Assembly (NCBI GenBank): GCA_951406725.2
Contig: OX597818.1
Coordinates: forward strand, 27,652,001 to 27,716,000
Direction: 5' to 3'
DNA from: Octopus vulgaris
Lineage: Eukaryota
DNA length: 64,000 bases
Below the pieces are notes generated by a model. The model saw nothing but the letters and a program-made list of their open reading frames with translations. It was not told the DNA's origin and did no database searches. The translations under genes and the position numbers were made by a program. Below, one piece after another: positions 40,898-52,399 of this stretch; the first letter of the stretch is position 1, and the number at the start of each line of letters is the position of its first letter.

Positions 40898-41512
40898 TCA
40901 TCATCATCATCATCATCGTTTAATGTCCGTTTTCCATGCTAGCATGGGTTGGACGGTTCAACTGGGGTCTGGGAAGCCAGAAGGCTGCGCCAGGCCCAGT
41001 CTGATATGGCAGTGTTTCTATGGCTGGATGACCTTCCTAACACCAACCACTCCGTGAGTGTAGTGGGTGCTTTTTACGTGCCACCTGCACAGGTGCCACA
41101 CGAGGCTGGCAAATGGCCACGATCGGATGGTGCTTTTTACGTGCCACTGGCACGGAGGCCAGTCGAGGTGGCACTGGCAATGGCCATGTTCGGATGGTTC
41201 TCTTATGTGCCATCGGCACTGGTATCACAGCTACAATTTCCATTGATGTTGATCGATTTCGATTTTGATTTTGATTTTCATTTTTCATTTTCACTTGCCT
41301 CAACAGGTCTTCACAAGTAGGGTTTGTGTCACAAGAAGGAAATGTATGCATAAGTGGGCTGGCTATGTCCCAGGTAGAGGCCATGGGTTATGGTTTCACT
41401 TGTCCTGCCGGGTCTTCCCACGCACAGCATACTTCCAAAGGTCTCGGTCTCTGGTCATTTCCTCAGTGAGACCTAATGTTTGAAGGTTGTGCTTCACCAC
41501 CTCATCCCAGGA
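40898..41512 (-). mobile_element. RTE 3' fragment with (CAT)n tail
   Basis: WDEVVKHNLQTLGLTEEMTRDRDLWK plus 3' UTR. Confidence 0.85.
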
Positions 41513-42277
41513 TATATATATATATATAGGCAAACCTTCGATATAACTCGACAAAACCAAAACAAGCACTTGACCATTTTTGTGACAGCTCAACAATTCA
41601 CTTTGGATATCTCTGTGACCTCCGTGACAGCTGCTAAAATGGGAGGAGGAGAAGAAAGGTAATGGGTTGTGTGTGCATGCTTGTCCTTTAAATATTTGCC
41701 TAGACATTAGTCAATGAATGGAACAGATTCGCCATGGGAAATATGATCTGCTGCTGTTTTTGTTGAATATCCAAATCACTCCAACTTATGGTTAACCCTC
41801 ACAAGGAAGTGATCTTAGAAAGCATCTTACTTCTGTAAACATATTTGTGAATTGATTCCCTTAATGGTAATACTGTCACCTTTAACTATGAATGAAATAG
41901 TTAAGTGACAGAAACAGTACAATACTCTACTAAATATTGACAGAATTAAATTTGGTGTTAGGTCATTCTGAATTAAAATCCAATTGAATTAAATTTTATT
42001 TCATTAGCCTCTCAATAAGTATTACTTTTACATATTTATTAGCATTTTGCTTATAGACTAGAATTTTGGGTGTCATTTTACTGAGGAACCTTCCCAGTAA
42101 GTGTTAATTCTGAAATGGCATATTAACCAAAATTACTCTTTGTTTTCTCTAGTTCACAAAAGAATTTATTAAGTCACACTTTTCTTTTTGACAATACATG
42201 AATAAGAGGGTGAAGAACATGTACTGTACATGTAGTTGGGCTGAATCTAAATTTAATTTTATTTCTAAATACATGTT

Positions 42278-45200
42278 TCATCATCATCATCATCATCATC
42301 GTCGTTTAGCATCTGTTTTCCATGCTAGCATGGGTTGGACGGTTCTACTGGGGTCTGTGAAGCCAGAAGGCTTCATCAGGCCCAGTCAAATCTGGCAGTG
42401 TTTCTACGGCTGGATGCCCCTCCTAACGCCATCCACTCCGTGAGTGTAGTGGGTGCTTTTTACGTGCCACCCGCACAGGTGCCAGACAGAGCTGGCAAAC
42501 GGCCACAAACAGATGGTGCTTTTTATGTGCCACTGGCACGAGGGCCAGGCGAGGCTGGCAACAGACACGAAACGGGGCGGTGCTGGCCATGGTCACGAAA
42601 CGGAAGGTTCTCTTACATGCCACCGGCACTGGTAACACATCTGTAATTTCCATTGATCGATTTCCATTCTGATCCTCACTTGCCTCAACGGGTCTTCACA
42701 AGTAGAGTTTCGACATGCCACTGGCACTGGTAACACATCTGCAATTTCCATTGATCGATTTCGATTCTGATCCTGATCCTCACTTGCCTCAACAGGTCTT
42801 CACAAGTAGAGTTTTGTGTCCCAAGAAGGGAAGGTATGCATACGTAGGCTGGCTCCATCCCATGTAGAAGGCCACGGGTTATGGACTCACTTGTCCTGCC
42901 GGGTCTTCTTGCGCACAGCACACTTCCAGAGAACTCGGTCTCTAGTCATTTCCTCAGTGAGACTTAAAGTTCGAAGGTCGTGCTTCACCACCTCGTCCCA
43001 GGTTTTCCTGGGTCTGTCTCTTCCACAGGTTCCCTCAACCGCTAGGGTGTGGCACTTTTTCACACAACTATCTTCATCCATTCTCACCACATGACCATAC
43101 CAGCGCAAATGTCTCTCTTGCACACCACCACTGATGCTTCTTAGGTCCAGCTTTTCTCTCAAGGTACTTACACTCTGCCGAGTGTGAGTACTGACATTAC
43201 ACATCCATCGGAGCATACTGGCTTCATTTCTTGCGAGCTTACGCATATCCTGAGCAGTCACGGCCCATGTTTCACTGCCATGTAGCATGGCTGTTCATAC
43301 ACACGCGTCATACAGTCGGCCTTTTACTCTGAGTGAGAGGCCTTTTGTCACCAGCAGAGGTAAGAGCTCTCTGAACTTTGCCCAAGCTATTCTTACTCTA
43401 GCAGTTACACTTTCAGCACACCCGCCCCCGCTGCTGACTTGGTCACCTAGGTAACGGAAACTATCAACTATTTCTAGTTTTTCTCCCTGGAAAGTGACGG
43501 AAGTTGGTCTCAGAGCATTTTCAGTGTTTATTGTTCCTGAGCATCTGCCACATACAAAAACCATCTTCCTAGTTAGCCTTCCTTTGACATTGCTGCACCT
43601 CTTATGTGTCCATAGCTTACACTTGGTGCATCTTATAGAGTTTCTACCTACACCTTTTCTACAGATCGAGCAGGGCCATCTACCTGAAGGCGTTTGTGAT
43701 TTGTCTACCTTCCTACTGATTACGACTTTGGTTTTAGCTAGATTGACTCTGAGGCCCTTCAATTCTAATCCTTGTTTCCACACCTGAAACTTCTCCTCCA
43801 GTTCTGATAGCGACTCAGCAATTAGAGCAAGGTCATCAGCATAGAGGAGCTCCCAAGGGCATCCTGTCTTGAATTCCTCCATTATTGCCTGGAGGACTAT
43901 GATAAATAGGAGGGGGCTGAGTACTGAGCCTTGGTGGACTCCTACCTCTACCCAGAATTCTTCACTGTACTCGTTTCCAACCCTCACCCTACTAGCAGCG
44001 TCCCTATACATGGCCCGCACAGCTCTCACTAACCATTCATCTATCCCTAGTTTCCTCATTGCCCACCAGATAAGGGATCGGGAGACCCTGTCGAAGGCTT
44101 TCTCCATGTCAACAAAATCCAGGTACAGGGGCTTATCTTTGGCTAGGTATTTCTCCTGCAGCTGCCTTACCAGGAATATAGCATCAGTAGTACTTTTCCC
44201 TGGCACAAACCCAAACTGCATCTCATCTAAACTAACTCTCTCTCTAATTAGTTGGGCTATGACCCTCTCCGTAACCTTCATCACCTGATCCAACAGCTTG
44301 ATACCTCTGTAGTTATTTGTATCTAGGGCGTCACCTTTACCTTTGTAGCAGTTGACTATTATGCTGCTACACCAGTCATTGGGTATGACTCCTTTGTGTA
44401 TCACCTGATTAACTATACGGGTGACTAGGCTATAGCCGACACTACCAGACATTTTGAGCATCTCTGCAGTGATTCCTGATGGGCCTGGGGCTTTTCCTGT
44501 CTTCATGCTTCTAATTGTCTTAGCTACTACGGAACTATCAACTCGGATAGCTGGTCCCTCTGTTGGGTCAACATTCGGCAGACTCTCTTTATCCCATTCA
44601 TGTTCTTTATTCAGCAACCTTTCATAGTGGCATCTCCAAACCTCTCTCTTTGCATCCTCATTTAGCGCAAGTGAACCATCTTCCATGCGAACACACTTCT
44701 CTCCTACCACATCACGATTCTCTCTCACACACTGTCTTGCAACGCGAAACACCTCCAGTCTTTGGTCCTCACGGCGCAGAACATTGGCAAATTTTTTCTT
44801 ATCTGCTTCCCCTCTGGCTAAATAAACCTGATACAATTCCCTGCTACCCCCATTTTTCCAGACCTTCCAAGCCTGTCTCTTTTCTCTAATAGCCCTGTCT
44901 ACAATATTGTTCCACCACCACGTTATTCTAGGTCGAGAGGGGACTTTGCACCAGCCACAGATCTGGTCAGTGGCTCTCAGCAGGTTGTCCCTTAGAAACG
45001 TCCAGCTGTCTTCTACCCCCTGTGATGCTCTATCCCCTTCTACTTCGTCAGAGGCTTCAAGTAATATGTCCCTAAATCTCTGTCCATTTGCAGGATCTTT
45101 AAGCTTCCAGATCCTTCTTCTCCATATTGGTTGTCTTCTGGTTGTCCTCCTAGTCCTGATCCTAAAGTCACTAACTACCAGTCTATGTTGTGGGGTACAT

Positions 45201-45660
45201 TCTTCATCTGGGAAGGTTTTGGCATTTATAAGCAGCCATCTCTCCCTTTGCCTTGCAAGGATGTAGTCAATTTGGCTGGTATGTTGGCCCGATCGGTAAG
45301 TGACTAGGTGGCTGGTAGGTTTCCTGAAGTTAGTGTTGCAAATCATAAGATTATTTGCATCGTAGAACTCCAGCAGCCTGGTTCCCTCCTCGTTTCGGGA
45401 GCCATAGTCATAGCCTCCATGTATGCCATGGAAGCCCCCAGCATGTCGTCCAACGTGACCATTGAAGTCACCAGCCACAAAGATAAGGTCTCTGTCGTTC
45501 GTCAACGAGGTAGTCTGCAGTAGAGTGTCATAGAATCGGTCTTTCTGTCCATCGGGTAGCCCCGACTGAGAAGCATAGGCTGATATAATGGTTGCTAAAC
45601 TATGATGAAGCACTAATCTAATCTTAAGTATTCTGCCACATACCCTGATTACCTCAATTA
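42278..45660 (-). mobile_element. Young, 5'-truncated RTE-clade LINE (AP endonuclease, RT, internal PHD finger)
   Basis: (CAT)n tail; GDFNGH, SQIDY and QHRLV endonuclease motifs; GVHQGSVLSP and YADD RT motifs. Confidence 0.95.
42887..45613 (-). pseudogene. RTE ORF interrupted by one in-frame TGA at 43295
   Basis: 772-aa ORF continues in frame as TAMLHGSETW.. to 42887. Confidence 0.9.
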
Positions 45661-45776
45661 TATATATAAATATATAATGTATTTTATTTTGTTAATTACT
45701 TTCTGTGCCACATCAAAATATTTAGAGCAGCCTCTCCAAACAATAATATACCCAATTTTTATTCAATTTCTTGAAG

Positions 45777-45823
45777 TTATGCCGAAGCCAGTGGGTCCAA
45801 ATACTTCGAATTGATACCACCAA
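45777..45823 (+). pseudogene. Type-B exon with a 16-nt deletion (47 nt) and intact splice sites; frameshift gives xMPKPVGPNTSN*
   Basis: tttcttgaag acceptor, gtaagt donor; ancestral frame YAEASGSKYFELIPP still readable. Confidence 0.75.
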
Positions 45824-46075
45824 GTAAGTACAATTAATATTGTTAGTACACAGCATGATCTTAGAAATCATCTTAAACAGACAGAATATGAACAACCATA
45901 AAATGTATCACTCTCTAACTTTGGGCAATTAATGTGTGTACATGTATGTTTGTATGTTCGAGAGTGTTTGAGTGTATCTCCTTAGTGTTTATTATGTTAG
46001 TATCAGCACAATACCAATACAATTCAAATGTTATTCATGCCCATGTTTTTAAATCATTTTTTAAATTTCTTGAAG

Positions 46076-46117
46076 ACATAGAATGTGCTTATGTTAATGT
46101 TCCCCAGAAACCTGGCA
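46076..46117 (+). CDS. Type-A micro-exon (42 nt): xIECAYVNVPQKPG
   Basis: tttcttgaag acceptor, gtaagc donor. Confidence 0.7.
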
Positions 46118-46521
46118 GTAAGCAATCCATTAATAAAAGTACATTCATTAGAGCAAGAGTTAGCAAAATCCTGGTTCATTCTTTCTTTGAGTTGGCAGCT
46201 TAATGTTTGTCATTTATATTTTACTTGGTTTGATTATCATAAATACATACATAGATATGCAACTCTGTGCTTGCATGCATGTGTGCATGTCTATGCATGT
46301 GGTGATGGATTTTAGGGTTTCATTTATTTATGAGTTGATTTCTTAATTTCACCAGAGTATAATACCTATAATGGTGATACTTAAAAAAAAAATAATTCAG
46401 TTCCATTAAAAAGCATGGGTAACATATTGCAAGCCACACTATAATTTGCAAAAAATCAGTGCACAGAGTATGCATTGCCCCTCGGATGCCTTTTTTTCAT
46501 TCTTTTTTTAATTTCTTCAAG

Positions 46522-46563
46522 ACATGAATGGTGCTTATGTTAACTTTACAAAGAAACCTGATG
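46522..46563 (+). pseudogene. Type-A pseudo-exon (xMNGAYVNFTKKPD), donor GT changed to CT
   Basis: Followed by ctaagta instead of gtaagta. Confidence 0.7.
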
Positions 46564-47002
46564 CTAAGTATACATGCAATCCATTAATTATATTATATTC
46601 ATTAGAGCAAGAGTTAACAAATATCTTGGTTCATTCTTTCTTTGAGTTGTATCATCATGATCATGATGATGATGATCATCATCATCAACATTTAATGTCT
46701 GTTTCCTATGCTGACATGATGTGACAGTATGACAGCAACTTGGAAGTCCATGGGCCAAACCAGGTTCCATAGTCAATTTTGGCCTGATTTAAAAAATTAT
46801 CTCACACAAGAATAGAAAGCTAAGAATCATAATCACATTTATTTTTTCTATTAATGTATGTAGGCTTTATGTGCATAAGTGCATGTGTTTGCTTCTATTT
46901 CATTAGTATTTGTTCTGTTAGTATCAACACACTACTAGCATATTTTAGACATTATTTACAGCCATCCTACATATTTATCTTTTTTTTTTTGATTTCCTAA
47001 AA

Positions 47003-47044
47003 ACTTGGATGGTGCTTATGTTAACGTTTGAAAGAGGCTTGGCG
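47003..47044 (+). pseudogene. Type-A pseudo-exon (xLDGAYVNV*), acceptor lost and in-frame stop
   Basis: ttcctaaaa acceptor, internal TGA; mariner inserted a few bases downstream. Confidence 0.65.
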
Positions 47045-47051
47045 GTACGTA

Positions 47052-48322
47052 CGAGGGACGTTCAATAAGTAATGCCCCTGACCCACTTGCAGCTGTTTGA
47101 TCTAGCTGATATTTTGCATGTGCAATCATTTATATCTCTATAAATTACGTGGCAAATTACAGCTCTGAATTAATTGTGGTTTCTGATTTACAGGTGTTTG
47201 AACCGAGTCAAGTGTGAAATGGAGCCTGTTGAGTGTCGAGCAGTGATCCGGTTTTTGTATTTGAAAGGACGCACACCACGGGAGACTTTTGATGAAATGA
47301 AAGTAACTTATGGTGATGATGCCCCATCATATGACCTTGTAAAACGCTGGCATCGTGAATTCAAACATGGTCGGAACTCTGTGGAAACAGCTCCCAGATC
47401 TGGTCGCCCCCTTCTGTCAAGTTGAGGGCTGCCATTTTGGAAGATCGACGCATAACTATTCGCCAAATAGCCCATGAGGTCAAGATTAGTACCGGGTATG
47501 TGGAAACTATCATTCATGACCATTTGCATATGCAAAAGGTGTCTGCCAGATGGATTCCCAGGTTGCTCACACCTTTCCAGAAGCAAGAACGCGTCGAGTG
47601 CTCGAGGATGAATTTGGAGATGTGCCAAGAAGATGAGTCAAAATTTTTCAAAAGACTGATTACACAGGATGAAACCTGGGTCCATCACTATGATCCAGAG
47701 ACCAAAGCCCAGTCAATGCAGTGGAAGCACCGTGACTCATCTCCTCCAAAGAAGGCAAGGGTGTAGCCCTCCGCTGGCAAGGTCATGCTCACAGTCATCT
47801 GGGACCAGGACGGAGTAGTGATGACAGATTTCCTGGCAAAGGGTACCACAATTACAGGAGCCTATTATGCTTCACTTTTGAGGAAATTAAGAGAAGCTAT
47901 GAAAATCAAGAGGCGGGGCAAGATCAGCAAAGGCATCCTCCTTCTGCAGGACAGCGCTCCGGTCCACAACTCGCGTGTTGCCAGATCAGAAGTACAGGCA
48001 TGCGGCTATGAACTCCTCCCCCATACCCCCTACTCTCCTGACCTTGCACCCTCTGATTTTCACCTCTTCCCAGCCATGAAGTTGTTTTTGAAAGGAAAGC
48101 GTTTCCCAGATGTTGCAGCCTTGATTTCTGAAGTCACGTCGTGGTTGGAGGACCAAGCTGGGGTCTTCTACAAAAACGGTCTCCAGAGCTGCATCAAACG
48201 ATGGGAGAAATGCGTAACTCTGGGTGGTTCCTATGTAGAAAAAGACTAATAACTGTGCCAAGTTTCGTTGCTCTATTACTATGGGAAGTGGGTCAGGGGC
48301 ATTACTTATTGAACACTCCTCG
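47052..48322 (+). mobile_element. Young mariner (DD34D-type) transposon with a disrupted transposase
   Basis: ~37-bp TIRs CGAGGG..TTCAATAAGTAATGCCCCTGACCCACTT with TA on both sides; WIPRLL, TQDETW and YSPDLAPSD motifs; deletion/frameshift near 47415 and TAG at 47764. Confidence 0.95.
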
Positions 48323-48599
48323 TATATAACACTTCATTAGTAAATATATATTCATTTTCCAACCTTGATTCTGGAATCTGACCTGGTAAAGTTAACAAAA
48401 ATTTGGGTTCTTTCTTTGAATAGAATATGCTGCTTAATAACTTATGTATGCATGTATTAAAAGAAAACTATCAAAATGTTAAAATCTCATTGTGTATAAG
48501 CCACTTTTTGAAAGCATTCATATAAACTCTATACTAGTGCACTTTTATTGGTACTTACAATAGTCTTGTTCATAAGTGTATCTTTTGTAATCTCTATTT

Positions 48600-49340
48600 A
48601 TAGTCAATAACTACAGGTCTATAACATACTTGAATGTTATGTATAAATCATATACCGTTTGTTTGAATGCATTCCTCCAGAATCACTGTGGAACAAACAA
48701 TGTGGTGACTGAAGAGCAGGCAGGAGGAAAGAAAAGTGTCTTAGGGTGGAATGAACAGCTTCTCATCAACATTCTTCAAGACAGCAAAACATCATTGCTA
48801 AAACTTGCTGACTGTATGACTAGATTATAAGAAGTTGTTTAATTCTGTTCCTCACTTATGAATAAGAGAGTCACTACATTTTGCTGAGCTTCCAAATGAT
48901 ATATTCTTTGCTTTTAAGGGACTGACAGCAACATGGTCCACAAGAGCTATCAATAAAAACTGGAGTTACCACAACTCCAGTTTTTATTGATAGCTCTTGT
49001 GGACCATGTTGCTGTCAGTCCCTTAAAAGCAAAGAATATATCATTTGGAAGCTCAGCAAAATGTAGTGACTCTCTTATTCATAAGTGAGGAACAGAATTA
49101 AACAACTTCTTATAATCTAGTCATACAGTCAGCAAGTTTTAGCAATGATGTTTTGCTGTCTTGAAGAATGTTGATGAGAAGCTGTTCATTCCACCCTAAG
49201 ACACTTTTCTTTCCTCCTGCCTGCTCTTCAGTCACCACATTGTTTGTTCCACAGTGATTCTGGAGGAATGCATTCAAACAAACGGTATATGATTTATACA
49301 TAACATTCAAGTATGTTATAGACCTGTAGTTTTTGACTAT
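48600..49340. repeat. Near-perfect palindrome (~368-bp arms, 5-nt loop ACCAC) made from an R4/Dong-like RT fragment
   Basis: 48600-48967 is the reverse complement of 48973-49340; both arms encode NYRSITYLNVMYK..EEQAGGKK. Confidence 0.95.
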
Positions 49341-50899
49341 ATGCTCCTCGTTTTTAGCTATGTGCAATGTCCACTAATCTTGCATATCAATTTCAGTGGG
49401 TTTTTTTTTGGGGGGGGGGGGGTAACAATTTATCAAGTGCTGACCTGTACAACATGTGCTTTCTGTACCAATAACAATCAGCTCTCTCAAGTTATTTAGC
49501 TTGGTAGTTTTGCAGCAACCATCAGGAGAGATTACTGTGTGATCCTGATGTAGAAATGGCAGCAAATTTTTTTTGATGAATGTTGCTTATTGTCATATTT
49601 GTTTGGCACTGAAGTTTGAATAGTTGAGGTATTTTAAATCAATGAAACATATTTGAAGAGTGTTAGAATTTACAATGAGTTTAAATATTCATGAGTAAAA
49701 AAATATCCTAACTTGTTTTCTTAAGATGGGCAGTATTGTGTTTTGGTACCCTTTAACAAGATTAAGTTATTGGTTCTAATTGTAAGATGTTTTGCAGGTT
49801 TCCATGTCTGAAGAACATGCAAGCCTTATGTAGAAGTTAAAGACACATGTGAATTATTAGTGATGAAAGACTTCATAGTTGAATATTTCCATTTTGTAAG
49901 TTAGTTCAGAAACTCAGAAAGAAATGGTAGAGTTTAACAAAGACAAGAAGCAACCCAAATAGATAGTTCTTACATTTTTGTCATCTTGTTTAGTAACTGA
50001 TTGTTTAAGAATTTCAGTAATTAATTACAAGTAAAAAACTTAATAAAAATTTAAGCAAATAAATAATAACTTTAAATCTAAATGTAATTCAATTTAAAAC
50101 TATTGCGAAGTGAGAAAAATATCAGAAATACATATTGAATGAAAAATTGTTTTTCCTTAAAGATAAATTCAGTTGATAAGAATAGAATAAACTTACTGAA
50201 ACTAATTCTTCTAATTCCACTAGCATTCTAAAAAATCTATGGAAAACCTGAATATGGATGAAATGATAGTGTTCAAATCTTGTACATATGTAGGAAAAGG
50301 ATGAAAAGAAGCCAACAAATTTATTTATTATATATAGTCCAATGAAATATAAATATAAATAGTTTTAGGATTTAGTTTACATAGTTTTGTACACTCCTAT
50401 TCTGCATATGGATAACGTAAGTTAGAATACATTAAAAAGAAAGTAAGAAAGTGTTTAGGATATTTTTGAATGCACAGTTACACTTTTAGAACATATTTGA
50501 AACGTGCTTTTTAATATATGACATCTTCATTAAGGAAATATTATGAAAGAAGAAAAATCAATATAACTACACCACCGGAGTATATGGTGCAGTACAGCTA
50601 GATAAGTATCACTAAAACAGTTTGGTTTCAAATATAGTAGTAAAATTGAAGAATAACAACAATTACAATATGAAAGGACAACTTAATCACATTTCAACTA
50701 TTCTGACACTATCTACCTTCAAGAAAACAAAAAAAGGACAGTAAGAAAGTAAAATAAATTTATGGATTTACTTCCTAATTTGATGTGCTCATAAATGTCA
50801 AATTCTATAAAACATAGAGGATACATATACAATATAATACAAACCACAACATATGAAAAATAAATAAATAAATATAATAAAATAAACAGATTTAAAAAT

Positions 50900-51136
50900 A
50901 AAGGCGGTGAGCTGGTAGAAATGTTAGCACGCCGGGCAAAATGCTTAGCAGTATTTCGTCTGCCACTATGTTCTGAGTTCAAATTCCGCTGAGGTCAACT
51001 TTGCTTTTCATCCTTTCGGGGTCGATTAAATAAGTACCAGTTACGCACTGGGGTCGATATAATCGACTTAATCTGTTTGTCTGTCCTTGCTTGTCCCCTC
51101 TGTGTGTAGCCCCTCGTGGGCAATAAAGAAATAAGA
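50900..51136 (+). mobile_element. tRNA-derived SINE, second family
   Basis: ggcggtgagctggtagaa A box, gagttcaaattcc B box, ctttcatcctttcggggtcgat core, (aaat/aaag) tail; degenerate copy near 53810. Confidence 0.8.
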
Positions 51137-51433
51137 ATTAAAAATAATGATTTTTCACTGTTGGTAAAAATTGGGAGACAAAATCAATCTAGAAGATCAA
51201 TGAGCTCAGAATGCAGTGGGAAAAAATTTAAACGATGTTACTAATAAGAGAAGTTGTTCACTATTTTTGGTGTTAGTTACATGTCAATGGTGTCCATGAA
51301 CAGGACTGATTGTGGGTACTCAAAACAGTAGCTGATCAAAGTGTGAAACATTCACCATTGCAAATCTGCTCTATACATTGTGTTTCATGTCTAGTAATCT
51401 CAATACTAGTTGTATCAGTATTTGATTTATTTT

Positions 51434-52150
51434 TATAAATAGAGATTACAAAAGATACACTTATGAACAAGACTATTGTAAGTACCAATAAAAGTGCACT
51501 AGTATAGAGTTTATATGAATGCTTTCAAAAAGTGGCTTATACACAATGAGATTTTAACATTTTGATAGTTTTCTTTTAATACATGCATACATAAGTTATT
51601 AAGCAGCATATTCTATTCAAAGAAAGAACCCAAATTTTTGTTAACTTTACCAGGTCAGATTCCAGAATCAAGGTTGGAAAATGAATATATATTTACTAAT
51701 GAAGTGTTATATACGAGGGGTGTTCAATAAGTAATGCCCCTGACCCACTTCCCATAGTAATAGAGCAACGAAACTTGGCACAGTTATTAGTCTTTTTCTA
51801 CATAGGAACCACCCAGAGTTACGCATTTCTCCCATCGTTTGATGCAGCTCTGGAGACCGTTTTTGTAGAAGACCCCAGCTTGGTCCTCCAACCACGACGT
51901 GACTTCAGAAATCAAGGCTGCAACATCTGGGAAACGCTTTCCTTTCAAAAACAACTTCATGGCTGGGAAGAGGTGAAAATCAGAGGGTGCAAGGTCAGGA
52001 GAGTAGGGGGTATGGAGGAGGAGTTCATAGCCGCATGCCTGTACTTCCGATCTGGCAACACGCGAGTTGTGGACCGGAGCGCTGTCCTGTAGAAGGAGGA
52101 TGCCTTTGCTGATCTTGCCCCGCCTCTTGATTTTCATAGCTTCTCTTAAT
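51434..52150 (-). repeat. Inverted duplicate of 47886-48602 (mariner 3' half plus host flank)
   Basis: Near-identical reverse complement, including non-transposon flank. Confidence 0.95.
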
Positions 52151-52399
52151 AATCCCTAACAAAATTACATTATTAACAAGAATATTTCAGGGTGTCAGCT
52201 TATCTATAATGCTTTTCATTATAGCTGTGAACCTTGTGTCAGCCTTTTAAGTGTTACATGATAGGATCTGCAGATGAAAGAAGGGTTATGTCACCCACAT
52301 ATTTTTTGTTGATAACCTTACCACCACCACCACCACCACCATTATCATTTCACAATTTATTTTACATATTTTCTTGTTTGTCCTCATATAACACCCTTT

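Noticed and set aside
51787-52137. Independent second mariner insertion
   Set aside because: The copy includes about 280 bp of the same host flank, so it is part of an inverted duplication
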